A DNA stretch of 64,000 nt from Lama guanicoe (Eukaryota), in NCBI GenBank assembly GCA_013239625.1, contig MU053881.1, positions 930,001 to 994,000 of the forward strand, in the 5' to 3' direction. A program made the position numbers and the translations under genes. Positions 35,997-48,876 of the stretch are shown in pieces (position 1 is the stretch's first letter; every line of letters begins with the position of its first letter). The notes beneath the pieces were generated by a model. That model was given only the letters and a program-made list of their open reading frames with translations. It had not been told where the DNA came from and searched no databases.

Positions 35997-36585
35997 CTGT
36001 GTTTCGTTGCGTTGAAAGTGCCATCAGTTACAGGGCACATCAAGAAAGAGGGGACACTCCCAATGGAACCGCACCACAACACCTCATCTGCAGTCCCATC
36101 AGGCGTAGGCAGCAGCCACTCTGCCCCGAATTGCTCCGAGAGGTGGGCTGTTTCTCCCGCCTCACTCGCTCTGCTTACTTGGTATGTGACTGGCTTTGTC
36201 CGCTTCTGGGTGGTGACCTCTCTTTGATAAAGGAATGGGGTTACGATCATTTCTCCAGGGGCATTCTTCACTGATGCCACAGCTACACGCTCTGTTGTCT
36301 CTGTGCCTGTCTGCACACTCTGTAATTTTTCTGCATCGTCGTGTGACTCCTCGAAGACATTTTGGACGGCAAGGGTCTCAGACACAAGAAGTGCTGACCC
36401 TGCGTGTAACCCAAGCGAAGTGATGGCAGTGTGAAACCCCACGGCGGAGCCGGTGTGCGCCTGGCCACACCTGCCACCTCACGGTGGCTCCCAGCCGGCG
36501 GCCGGGATAAGACCCACTGATTTCACCCTGAGTTCGGACATGGTAAATGAGAGAAATGTGTGTCTTGGAGTCCTGGACACATAGT
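35997..36585 (-). mobile_element. Possible decayed TcMar-Tc2 (Kanga-like) DNA transposon
   Basis: Ends loosely resemble recalled Tc2-group termini, and the minus-strand translation has weak echoes of a DDE transposase segment (LAVQNVFEESH; VAVASVKNAPGEMIVTPF). Needs Dfam confirmation. Confidence 0.35.
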
Positions 36586-37080
36586 TTTATTATGGTGATG
36601 ATATTACAAATGGTTTCAGGGCCCATCTGAGAGCCAGCATGTGGTTCGCTCCCATGCTGAGGAAGCAGGCACTGGGCCATTCAGGCTGGAGGGACTGGCC
36701 CTTGCTGGTTTTTGTGAGCAGAACATTCAAGGATTCTTCTTTGAACCTGGATATTTCTGTTTTGAAAGCTGGGATGGGGGCCACATGGCAAATAGGTGTA
36801 GTTATGTCTCATGCAAGGTATGTCTAGGGCTCAGCGGCGGCCAGTCTGGTTGGGACAGAGCTTCTGAAGGTGTGATTAAAAAGGGGCTCAGGAGCTGAGA
36901 ATATATATAATTTCAAAATGAGTTATGCCACACACTGTCTCCAGTCAGTTGCAAATGAACCCGCTGGTCCGGCATCACAGATAAATCCTCTCTTTCTGTC
37001 GGTCTGTTCTTGTCCTGGTACTGAGTTATGTTCATTATCAGAGCTTTAAACTCTAATATGTAATGTGTTGGCTACTTGAC

Positions 37081-37383
37081 AGCTGAGCCGTCCGCCGTGG
37101 TAGCTGCAGGCCACTCGAGGCTATTGGCTGTTTGAAATGTGGCTGGTCTGAACTGAGAAGTGCTCTCGAATGTAAAATACACACCAGTGTTCAAAGACTT
37201 AGTACCAAAAAAAAAAAAAGAATATGGAATATCTAATTGATAATTTTAAAGTATTGATTACAAGTTGAAAAGATAATAGTTTGGCTCTGTTGGGTTAATT
37301 AAAGTATACTGCTGAGGTTAATTTCACCTGCTTTTTTTTTTTAACTGCATGTGGCATTCGTGTTACATTTCTTGGATAGTGCT
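37081..37383. mobile_element. MER33-like hAT-Charlie element
   Basis: TTGAAATGTGGCTGGTCTGAACTGAGA...GTAAAATACACACC...TTCAAAGACTTAGTAC...TTAATTTCACCTG. Confidence 0.75.
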
Positions 37384-37389
37384 ACTTTG

Positions 37390-38130
37390 AAACATCTGGC
37401 TGGGTACTTCCCATTTCGCTGTTATTCTTCTGCAAAAATTTCTTGGCTGGTCACCTCTGTTTATTCCTTCAATTGAATTTTAGAATTGTTTCGTCAGGTT
37501 AGAAGCATCCCTTGCGAATTTGATGGACATTAAATTAAACCTAGAAACCAATTAAAGGAGAAATGGACACAATTTGTAGTATTTACCAGGAACATGGTGT
37601 GTTTTCCGATTGATTTAATTCTGCTTTCCTGTTGCTGAGTAAGCAACTACACATTTTTCATACGGGTCGCCCATTGTTTTAAAGCAGGGCCATTTCAAGG
37701 ATTTTTTTTCTTTTTCCATTGCGAATTGGATCATTTCCATCTATCGCTGGTATACAGGAAGGCTATTGATTTTTATGTAATTATCTTTTATCAAGCTCTT
37801 TGATTGAACTCATTAATTGTGATACATCTTTGTGAATTCCCTTGCGTCTTCTAGGTATACAGTTGTATTGTCTGTGGACTATGATAATTGCGGAGCCTCG
37901 TTTTCAATCTGTGCCATCTAGAACCTTCAGAGTAACATTAAGTAGCAGCAGTGGCTTTGCGTATCAGTGCCTGCGCCTGGCTCGGATGGCAATGCCCCCG
38001 GCGTTTCTCTGCTTAATATAATGCTTGCTCGTGGACTGAGACGGATTTCATGAGAAGGCAATATCCTCTGAATTCTAGTTTTCTAAGATCCCATTTTTAT
38101 CAGCAAAGGAGCTGAAATCTAGATAAAATG
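37390..38130 (-). mobile_element. Old L1M ORF2-region fragment
   Basis: AT-rich, with GCTGGTATACAGGAAGGCTATTGATTTTTATG...TCTAGGTATACAGTTGTATTGTCTG typical of antisense L1 RT region. Confidence 0.65.
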
Positions 38131-40839
38131 TGTCTAACACCTCCCTCCGCCCCCCGCAAAGGTGCTAACAGTTCGCAGGGCTGTGTCTCCTGCTGTCCTG
38201 GGCCTCAGGGCTGCTGCCGGGTGGCCTCAGTTGCATGCTTGCTGGCCCCGAAATGCAAGCCAGCCCCTGTGCACGGCTGTCACCCACTCAGAGGAAGCGT
38301 TTGTCGGGTGCGGGGAGCTTTGCTGAGGAAGCTGGAGGAGGCTGCACTGTCCAGCTGTGAGCCGTGCAGGTGGCTCCCTGTGGAGCAGGGACTGGTTCCT
38401 AGAAAGCCCACGTGTGGGGGAGTTGACAGGCCAGGTTCCCTTCCTCTCAGTGATGTGTCTCTCATGCTCTAGTTCCTCTGGGGCAAGCCTCCTGACTCCT
38501 CCTCCACTGAAGGCTTTCTCCACCTCTCTGAGCCACTGGTACCTGGCCACACAGGCCCCCTACATCACACTCTTACCTTTGTGTCCACACGCGCCTTTCT
38601 AGGAGGTCTTTTTCCAAATTCCTCTTAGAGGAAATCTATGGCCCATCAAAATAAACTTGCTCTCCATCATGTTATCTGTTCCCCCCAAGACAGGCAGGGG
38701 TTTGGGGCAGCTGTGAGCGACACCCCGGGCAGGACCTGGGGGTCAGGAGGCAGGAGGTCAGACAGAACCAGGTTGGGGGGCCTGCACTCCCCGTGCTGGC
38801 CTGTGATCCTCAGTTTCTCCACTTTCAATGTCACCTGCCTTGGAGGGCGTGTGTCTGTGAGGTAGTGATGGGGCGTGAGGCCGTCTGGCCTTTAGTCCAA
38901 AGGAATGTCGTGAGGGGGTTGGGGTGGAAGGTGATGATGGCCAGGGAAGCTGCCTCTGGGCCGCTGGACCCTGACCCTCTGTGCCCGGGGTCCCTCACCT
39001 GGGAGAGGGAGTGCAGCCCCTTGCATGGCCATCCCAACGACTCACTGTCCACACAGCGGGCACCTGGGACTTGGCTGCAGACCCCGTGGGCAGTGTAGGC
39101 GCGGGATGAGGGTCCTCCTTAGTGCTCCTTGATGCCCCGAACCAGACCGCAGGCCCTGTGAGGCCCCCGGCCCTCTCCCCTCCCCTCCCCTCTCCCCTGA
39201 CCATTAGCCACTGGTCTGAGCTCACTAGCCCCAAGCTGAGGTCTGGGGGCCTGGGTTTGTGGGTCTGTCACAGCCTGGAGTGGCTGGTCTGAGACCTGCA
39301 TGTGTAGAGTGAGGACAGGTCCCTGGCAGGGCCAGGGCTCAGCTCAGCGGACAGCGCCTGTTTCCTGAGCAGCTTCCAGATGCAGCTGGAGAGATGCTGT
39401 CATGGGAAGGGGTGTGGGGGGTGTGGGGTGGTGCCGGGTCCCCGCTCAGAGCCCTCTCCCTTCCCTTTCCTCCTTTCACCTTCCTTCTTTCCCTCTCTTC
39501 CCTGCCTTCCCCCTCCCCCTTCCCTTTCCTTGCTCTCTTCTCCTCTTCTTTCCCAGAGTGAGGGGAGCCCCCTTAGTCACCTCGGTGACCCTCCCGGGGT
39601 GACCTTCCTGGGCAGCGGGTTCTTCATCACTGGCTGCACACTCAGCCCCAGACTATAGTCCTAGAACCACCTTCTATGATGCTCACAAGCCCCACTGGCA
39701 GCAGGCACACTCAGGGGTGGGGACATCGTCCCAGTGTACTTGGAGGAAAGCAGGGCTCAGAGAGGGGCAGTGACCTATCCCGGTTCACACAGAGTCCAGA
39801 GCCTGGGCTCCTGCTGCTGCAGCTGGAGCTCTAGATAAAGGCTTTGTGGTCCTCCGAGGCGCACATCCCCCGCCACCCACACAGGCAGGGTTAATTGCTG
39901 GCAGGGGAGGGCTGAGTTCTTGGTGCACTTCCCAGCAAGCAGGGTCAAGGCCTCACCCCGCCTTACCAGAGCAGCCCCCGCCTCAAATAGAGTGGCCTGG
40001 CCTTTGGGTGCCATCTTTCCTGCCAGGGTGCCCAGGTCCTGGCTGGCTGTGTCCTTACTGGGAAGGCCGGTCAGATGAGGCTGTGTTCTGCCCCAGGGCG
40101 GCCATGCAAGGTTGTGCAGGTGGTGTCCCGCACAAGGGCACCTGGGCAAGGGGACGAATGAGGCTGGCTTCTACTCAGGGTCTGGGAGTGGATGGAGCAG
40201 AAGGCAGAGGGTGACCAGAGTTGGGTGGAGACGGTGGACACCAGAGGGGAGGGAAGCATGGGCCGGGCGTCTGCCCTCACCATCAAGGTCGCAGGAGTTG
40301 CTGCGTTCTTCTCTGCGGGACCTGGAGCACGAGAATCAGAGCCAGGGCCAGTCACAGGGGGCTGCTGGCTGAGGAGGCTCTGGTCATCTGGGCGATGCGG
40401 TGGATGGGGCAGGATTGGGGAGGGCAGTTGGAAGACTGGCTCCGTTCAGCCGCCAGCCGTCCTGTTGTGGGGCAGGGTCCTCAAAGTCCTCCCCGGCCTG
40501 AAGGTGCCCCTGGTTCTTGTGGGATGAACTCGGCTCCAGGGCAGGGCCTGGGCTGGGCCCCTCCGTGCCTCACTCTGGGTTAATCATGCGGGTGTGGATC
40601 TGAGCGCATTGTGGCTGAGACTCCCGCTTGTGTGATAACTGTAGTTGCTCCGCTCCCCGCCTGCCCCTCCTCCTCTGAAGCTGGCTGGTCCTCCTCGGGC
40701 TGGGCATTAACCCTTCGTGAGCTCGGGCAGACTGACACTCACTGAGTTTCTTTTTGTTTTACCTTGCTGACTTGTGTTTCTTTCTGCTCTCCTCTGCCAG
40801 GCCCCTCCTGTGGGTGTCTTCTGTTTACTTAGGCTGTAG

Positions 40840-41540
40840 AAGATAATCAGCCTTTCAAAAAAGTGCTTCCTATGTTTTGATTTTTTTTTTCTGATTTGAA
40901 TTTTAAATATTTAACTTCTTTAATTCGAGTGGAGTGTGTTTCCTGTACCGAATAGCGTGTTGTTTTTTAAGTATTTATATTTTTTCTAAATTGCCACCCC
41001 ATGGTCTCAGCACCACTCATTTACTAATTAACCCCTTTCCTCCTGACTTTGGGATGTGCATTTCTTCATCTGTGAAGTTCGTGGAGGTGATCTGGCTTAT
41101 TTCTGGCCCCTTTCTTGTCACCTACACTGGGATCTTTAATTACCTTTGCTTACTGATATGTTTTAATACCTGATAGGGCAAGTATCACCATCATGACTTA
41201 AAAAAATGTTCTGGCTTTTTTTTATCCATTTTCCAAATGGATTTTGGGTTTGTTTTCTTATGATCTTAAACAATATCAGAAAAGGATCTTTATTTTGGAT
41301 GACATTGCATGCTTCAAATAGCGTAACAGGACCTACGGCAGGACCTCAGCAAGTCTGCTGAACAAGTGAATGACATCTTCATGATGGTTATTTTTCTCAG
41401 GGAAATAAGGATATTAATTCTAATCTTTTCAAATAGATCCCAGTAGGTTTATTACTAAGAGGTAGAATTTTATTGCCATTGTGAATAGGATTTCTTCCAT
41501 TAAATTTTATTGTAGATTATTATGGATTCTATAATGTCTA
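40840..41540 (-). mobile_element. Degraded L1M fragment
   Basis: AT-rich block with antisense-L1-like phrases (TTTTAATACCTGATAGGGCAAG, TATTGCCATTGTGAATAGGAT). Confidence 0.5.
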
Positions 41541-42656
41541 GGAATGTTTTGAATCTAGGATACAGGAGGTGATCACTTACTCAGAATACCTGGGACCTAC
41601 TTGTTCCAGATTAATAATATTCTCAGAGTTTGGACACTTTCATTCCCAAAGAGCCAACGGAACTAAAAGCAGTGTGTCACAAAGTACATACACATGTGCG
41701 CAGCTGCAGCTAAACACCAGGCAGCCGCCACGGACCTGGCAAGCCCAGCCCCATCCAGGTCCCCTCTGTTTCTTGTCATTTGTCCCAAACTCGTGTCTTC
41801 CTCTTGTGTTTCAGCAAAATCAGTCTCCCATTATCACAGTGGCATAAATGCAAAACATGGGTAATCACAAAAAAAATCCTTTAAAGGTAAACCTCTCTAA
41901 AGGCAAAGACTACTTCCCATGTCTGCATTCCAGAGGCGCAAGTTTCTATCTTTATTTCACATCTAGGCATTTTCACCAACTTCCATATTATTAGTTTTGT
42001 CCTTTTTTGGTGGATTTTTTTGGTGGGGAGTAGGGGAGGATTTTCTAAGTATGCAGTTGGCTTCTACAATTTATAGTATTTTGATGTCTTCTTTTTCAAT
42101 ATTGATTCATTTTATGTCTCATCATGTTGGTTAGAGTATAAAACTGAATTTTAGTAATTTTGTGCGGGAGCCACAGCCATGTCTTCAGAGCACCTGGCCT
42201 GTCGCCATCTCGGGACCAGGTCTTGCTTCCCTCCCGTGAACGCCGCAGGCGGCAGACCCAAGGTGGACACGTCTGGGCCTGTGACCTCCCTTCTTCACTC
42301 CCCTGTGGTGGGGCAGCTTTGCTTTTCCTGGTTTTGGGGGGGTGGGTAGCAGTGACTGGCGGGCCCCCATTAGGTCAGGGAGCCTCTCTCAGCCTGGTGT
42401 GGCTTGTTAGGTGACCCCCAACAGCCGGACAGCAGTGTACCTTGGGCAGGACTGTTTGCAGGGCTGGCAGGAAAACGCCTGTCTTTGGAAGACTGTTGTG
42501 AGTTTCAGCTGAGGAAGTGGTTCCGTGAGACCCTTTCAGGTAGACGCAGAGGTATAACCCGGAACTCAGAATGATTTTGGACTTCACAGCCCCGTTTGAG
42601 TCCCTGCCTTGCCCCTTACAACGAGACGATTTCTGGAGCTCCGTGTTCTCATTGTG

Positions 42657-42900
42657 CAGGGCGGAGTTTGCAAACTGGCGGGCTGCGCACCGCGTCCACC
42701 CACAGACAAGTTTTGCTTGGCCTTCTCAGTGTTTGACAAATTTCTCCAGAGCTCCAGATTTCCAGTTTCTTCTGAGAACTTGGGGCATCTGCAAGGCCTG
42801 GATTCCCCAGGGCTGGAGCAGAGCAGGGCCAGAGCCCCCCAAAGGGACCCCACAGCTTTGGGCAGCCCCCCAGTCTCTGCGGCTCCCTGTGATCCCCCCC
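42657..42900 (+). mobile_element. hAT-Charlie relic (MER102-like)
   Basis: TTTGCAAACTGGCGGGCTGCG...CCCACAGACAAGTTTTGCTTGGCC...AGATTTCCAGTTTCTTCTGAGAA. Confidence 0.6.
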
Positions 42901-45849
42901 AAGCCCGCGCTCGCCTCACTCACGTTCTTCCCCCGCGTGGCCCCCGTGTCGGCCCCTGAGACCTTCTCTTACACTGAGGTGGGTGCCGCAGGGGCCCAGG
43001 AGCCGGTCGTTTCTTCCTCCCGCCTCCATCTCATGATTTCAGTTCATGGACTGTCGTCTCTGTGCGGGGCTTGGTGCTCTGAAGTCAGACGTAGTCCCTC
43101 CCCGTGTTCGATCCTGGCTCCTTCGGTCACTCGCAGAGCCGCGTCCTGTGTCGCATCTGTGGAAGGTGAATTTGATGGCAGGGAGTCCTCTGGTGGGCTG
43201 TTGAAGTACGGCTGGCACTTGGCAGGGAATGGTCCTTGTTCCTGCGAGGTGGTATTCTGCTCAGGGCGCTGCTAGGAGGAACCAAAGTGTGAAACATCTT
43301 GGAGACACAGGAAGTGCGGTGCAGATATTAATCACTTCTGGGTGCTCAGTGGGCTGGGCTTGGGCTGGGTGTGGGGAGTGGGCAGGCAGGGCTGGGGGCC
43401 GGCAGGCCCCTGGGTGGGATGCTCTCCCCGCCTCAGGCTGTAAGCAGCCTGGGACTTGTTGCCAGATGAGGCCGTGACTATTCTGAAATGGAATTCTTGG
43501 GTCAGAATAAGGAGAACAGATGTTTACTGGACGAGGCCAAGAGCCGCTGACATCACCGAGAGCCCGTCAGGACACGGACTGAGGCCGAGGGTCCTCCGTC
43601 CCTTCCTGCCGACACAGCATTCGTGGGGCAGCTGCCAGGGCTGGGGGGTGGACGGACGCGCACACACACACACACACACACACGATCACGCCTGCGCACA
43701 TCACGCCTGCGCACATGTGTACATGTGCAGGCCATTTCTTCCACCAAATCCTCCCCACCTGAATACAATTAGCCAGGATGTGGAAAAGATTTCCAGCCTG
43801 GAAGGGGAGAAGAGCGTCTTGTTGGCGGGCAGGCTGGGGAGGGGAAATGCAGGGCTGGTTGGTGAGTGGACTCTGCAAGACAGAGGAGCGGCTTTTGTCG
43901 GGGAAGAGCTGTCTGGGGCCACTGACCAGGGAAGGGAGGGGCACATGTCCCTTCTTCCCACCGTCCCCTAAAGAGGAGAGCCTGTCCTCTCATTTCTTCT
44001 TTGGTCGTGAATCTTGGAAGGTGTCACTGAGAGGCTGCTGGGGCCTTGGTCCGGCCCTCGACCAACACCTGTGCAGCTGGTGCCGCCGCCCTGTCCCTCC
44101 CCGGGTCTGGATCCCTGCCACTGCAAGTATAGAAGACCCAGTGTGAACCAACTCAGGCCAAGATGGGGAGCTCAGGCCTCCTGTCCTGTTTCAGCTCCTC
44201 TTCCCTTCTCCTTGGCTTGGCCTCAGCAGGCTCTCCCCAGCAAGGGGCTGCAGCCCCACCTGGCACCAACTCCCAGCCCTGCAGAAAGCCATTCTCCCCT
44301 GGGGTTTTAGTAAGGGTTCCGAGGCTGGTTCTTACTGGCTCAGGCTGGGTCACGTGTCAAGCTTTGAGCAATCATTGTGATCAGGCAGGGAGCAGGGATT
44401 CCCGTTGGCCAGGCCTGGTCCTATGACCACCCCCGGGGTGGGGGCCACATGCCAAGCTTTAAGCAAGTGGCTCTGGGAGGGGCAGGGAGCAGAGCCGCCT
44501 CACATGACCACTGGCTCCAGCGGCCGGAGGCTTGGACAAGGAGGGCTGGGTACCCGGAAGAAGGGTGGGCTGCTGTTGCTGGGGGGAGCCGCAGGGGCTC
44601 GCTGCCTTGCCTGTCTCCCGGCCCTCTGCCCATCTCATCTCTGCTCCTGCCTCCCATTCCTCCTGCCCCGGTCTGCCTTGCCTGCCCTCTCCCCGAGCGC
44701 TCCCAGTGGCTCTTCTTCATCCACCGGGTGAAGCCCAGGCCCTGAGACCAGCATTCAGGGCCCCTCGTGACCACAGGCCTCAGGACCAGTCAGCATTTCC
44801 GGCTTGTTTTGCCCATCGTATCCTCCCTCTCTTCCATCCTGTGGGCCTGGAGCAGAGCTCTTGGGGGTTGTCCGTTCCCATCAGATGTCGGCTCTGCCCA
44901 TGCTGAACACAGCCCTTGTCACAGGTCTGGGGGGGACGGATTGTCTAGGCTGCAGTCGAACCTAAAAACCATCTGAGGGTGAGAGGTTTTAACTGGGGCC
45001 TAAGACAAGTCAAGGGTGCGACTGGGTGAGGACGCGGGGGCCCCGTGGGCCCACCTGGTGTTGCATTAGCAGAGCGGATGGAGCGGGGGTCTCCAAGGAT
45101 CTCTGGGCCTTTGTCTTTTTTTTTTTTTTTTGGTTTTACAGTTTTTAATCAGAAATGAACCCCTTGACATGGCTATCCAAATCTCAGACTCACATACACG
45201 TTTTTCTTTCTTATGAGTGATACATTTGAAATATTTTTGTATGATTTAGAAACTGTCAAGGAACTTTGACCCCAGGCCATTCATTAACTTCTTTTTATCA
45301 AGTATTTTCAGTCTCTTTTCAGGGCAGGTACTTTCCTATGAGCAAAGGATTCAGAGACAAATGGAAACTGAGTTGGCTCAGCCCTCCTAGGACTTGCAGT
45401 TTAGTAAAATTCTGTCTCTTCTGCCCAAGAGGTGTTCCTCTCCCCTGACGTGACTCACATGACCTCCAGGTCTGCCAGACTTAGGTGAGTTCAGCTAGAT
45501 AGAAGCCAATTGCTACGTTATGGAATATTTTCATGGAAACAGAATAGACTGAAAAAATCCATTTATTCATATGTTTCCTTTGGCAGTTGATTCTGTTCGA
45601 ATTGATGAAATAAGCAAAATTCCAAACTTTTCACAGGCATTTTGACCTCAGTCATTCTCAGATCTGTTCAGCTTTGTAAACATAGGCCTTTGTCTTAAGT
45701 GCTGAGAATCCCACATGCCTGGCCAACTCCTCACCGCTCCGCCCCCCCAATTCCAGGAGGCCTTCCCTGGCTCTGTCATGGCAGGCGACACCTCTGCGTC
45801 TCCGCTTCTGTCTCCTGGCCTGCCTCCTCCTTGCCCGTTCTGTGTCAGG

Positions 45850-46830
45850 AACCTTCTTGACAGTCTGCTGAGGCCCATGGACCCTTTATCAGAATGATAA
45901 TTTTAAGGCATAATTTTAAATGCCTTTAATTTAATTTAAAAAAAAAAGAACACAAATCCTATTGAAATAGAGCTAGTAACACTGAAAAAAAGTATAGTAC
46001 AGCAGTACACGTGCTTTTTAGTTTTTTATTGTCCTTGTGCCTTTTTTGGCAATCGCTTTATTGAGATATAATTCATACACCATACATGTCACCCATTTAA
46101 AATAAAATCCAGTGGCTTTAGCATGTTTGCAGAGCTGTGCAACCATCCCTCATCTTTTAGAACATGCTCATCTCCCTGAAAAGAAGCCCCATGCCCTTTG
46201 GCTGTCACCCCCAATTGTCCTGCTCCCCGAGTCCCTGGGAACCACTGACCTACTTTTTGACTCTCTCGATTTGCTTCTCCTGGGCTTTTCTTATAAATGG
46301 AGCCACACAATATTTGTCCTTTTGTGTCTGCCTTTTTTCAGTTGACATCATGTTTTCAAGGTTCCTGTATGTGTCAGAACTTCATTACTTTTTATGAACA
46401 AAACAATATTCCATTGTATTCCATGTTTTAAGTCTATTCATCAGTCGAGGGACGTTTAGGCTGTCTCCCCCTTTTGGCCCTTCTGAGTAGTGCCACCGTG
46501 GACATTTGTGTACCAGGGTTTCACGTTCTTTTCAATTAGTGCTGTGTGAAATAACACGACCCAGCCGCACGTGTCATGGCCTCTGTCGTTTGGATCGTGC
46601 TGTGCGTAAACACCGGTTGGCCTTGTCTGGAGCGGCAGGAGTGAGAGATGCGAGGCCCCGTCATGGCCGTCGTGACGGGCACCGGCGCTGCCTCTTCTGT
46701 GGGCTTGCTGCCTCCGCCCAGAGTGGGGGGCAATGCTGGCTGCTTGTGGTTGTGGAAGATGGAGTTCTCTTTTTCAATTTACGGAACCTGGGTTATGAGC
46801 CCTCCGGGGAGCTCCCTGAGGGCAGTGGTA
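45850..46830. mobile_element. hAT-type MER element split by an antisense L1 3' fragment (about 46040-46525)
   Basis: GCCCATGGACCCTTTATCAGAATGAT... on the left and AAATAACACGACCCAGC...CTGTGGGCTTGCTGCCT on the right. The insert has TTTATTGAGATATAATTCATACACCATAC, an L1M 3' end. Confidence 0.55.
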
Positions 46831-48353
46831 GACTCCTTGCTGTGGGTGCGCAGTGCTTGGCATCCAGTATAGTGGCCCCGAGCGACCCCAGTGAGTGCTG
46901 TGGCCTGTGGCGGGGTGAAGTGTCCGGATCAAGGTCCTGCTCTGCTCATGGCCGGCTGGAGGGGTGACGTCCTGCTCCCCTTTCCTCCCCCAAGGGTTCT
47001 CTGTGTCTCTAGCTTGGGAGTCCTGCAGCCGGAGGGTTGGGTGCCCAGGCCCTCCTGGACTGCGGGGACCCCCTCCCTGCACTGTCTTCCCTCCCACCAG
47101 GTCACTGCCATTCACAGCTGCTTCGGAGGGAACACCACCAAAGGCCGGTCAGCCGGGACCGCTGATGGATTTTACATCGATCGCACAGACCAGCTCCCTG
47201 CCCCGCGCTGGGCTGGTGCCTGCCGCTGCAGGGTCCTGGGCCTCTGTCACTTCCTGTGCAGCCCCTGCCAGCCAGGAGGCTGGTGAGGGTTCCTTGGCTG
47301 CCAGGGGCCGGTGGGCCCGGCCCGGGTAGGCTCAGGTTCTGCCTCCTGCCCGCCCCTGTCTATGGGCAGGATCCAGTCCTCCTGGCCCCTGCAGGCACTG
47401 AGGAGGGAGAGTGACTGGGGGACCCGGGGGGCTTCTCCCAGAAGCCCTGCCAGGCGCCTTTCCTCGGTGGCGCCCCGAGCTGAGGCCCAGCCCTCCTGCT
47501 GCAGCCTTCCTGGGCCCCTGCTGGAAGGCCCCAGCCGCTCCAGCTCCTCAGAGGCCACACTTGGGTTACTGCCCCGCCCGGCCTCGGCCCCGCCTGCCCG
47601 GGGAGCTGCCAAGGTCCTCGCCTGCTGCCCTCCCAGAGGGGCCTCCTGTCCTGCTTCTTGTATTTCAGAGGCAGCCAGAGGCTTCCCTGACTCCGTGGTT
47701 GGCAATGACCTTGCTGAGAACTGGCTCCCGGCCTCCCGTGTCTCCTGGGTGTCTTACGTGGCGATGCAGCTCTATTTCCTCCCTGCGGGAGCCCCGGGAT
47801 TGCTTCAGGCCTTGCCCCAAATTGAGGGCGTGGATGGCAGCCTGTGTTGGGGACCTGGTGCTGAAGGGAGAGCTGGGCTCTGGGCTCACTCCTTTTGTCA
47901 CCTTGGACAACTCACTTCACTTCTAGGAGCCTCCAGGGCCTCAACCATGGGGTGGCGAGTCCAGGCAAGGACCAATCCAAGCAAGGGATGGGTTAGGGGC
48001 ACAGCCTCAGGTCCTCTCCCGACTCCTGCATCTCCCATCTGACCCTGAGATGCTCGACCCCAGCGGTCCTGGGATGGTTTACAATGATTGACAACTTTTT
48101 TTTTTTCCCTGTTTGCTTTAAATCCAAGAGTGCCTGTGCATTGAATAAAAGAGAATGCATAAATAAACCAAAGGAAGAAAACTGAAATAGTTTGTAATCC
48201 CATTAACATTTGACTGTGTGTTTTTCACATATATGCACGTGTGTACGAAGATACTTACAAAAAAGGCTGTATTGTACATTCTTTGAGCTGCTTTTGTTCA
48301 CTCTCTATATAAAACAGACATTTTCTGGATCATCTAATGTTCTGCCTTGATAC

Positions 48354-48876
48354 TGTTGCAGAAAAATGTGTTACAGCTCAGTGTTACAGCTCAGTTGTGA
48401 CAGCAACCTGGATCTGAGCGAGAGACCAAGCAGCACTCGGAAAGTTGGAGAACTCAGGTTTATTACATTTATTACGCCTGTGGGCCTAGAGAAGTTAACA
48501 CTCCAAGCTCTGGACCCTGGCTGTAGGTTTACACAGGCTTTTATAGGCTGCCAGTTTACACTTTGCAGCATCATATGCAGATAAGGTTGACTAATTAGAA
48601 ATAAGCTTTGTAGAAATGGACCAATCAGGAATGAGAGAAATAACCAATCAGGAGTGAGCTCCATGCAAATGAAGCACTACAAATGGACCAATCAGGAGTT
48701 AGCTCAGGGAACCAGTAGAATTTAAGGGGTAAGTTCCACTTTCCTAGAAGTAAGCGGCTTCAGAGGCAAAAAAGTGAGAGAGAGCCGCTGGGCCAGGGAA
48801 CCGGATGGCGCTGGCAGGAGAGTAGTGGCCCTGCCTCAGGGTCCTGCCGGTCTATTTTATGAGGCTTCCCACCTCA
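48354..48876 (-). mobile_element. Solo LTR, ERV1-like (copy 2, same family)
   Basis: Same termini (TGTTGCAG...CCCACCTCA), near-perfect TSD ATAC/ATAT, minus-strand TATAAAA (48539-45) and AATAAA (48459-64, 48468-73). Confidence 0.85.

Noticed and set aside
3151..48876. One giant provirus or transposon bounded by the two LTRs and carrying ADAMTS2 exons
   Set aside because: Each LTR has its own TSD, and there is no matching gag/pol/env or primer-binding site next to them.
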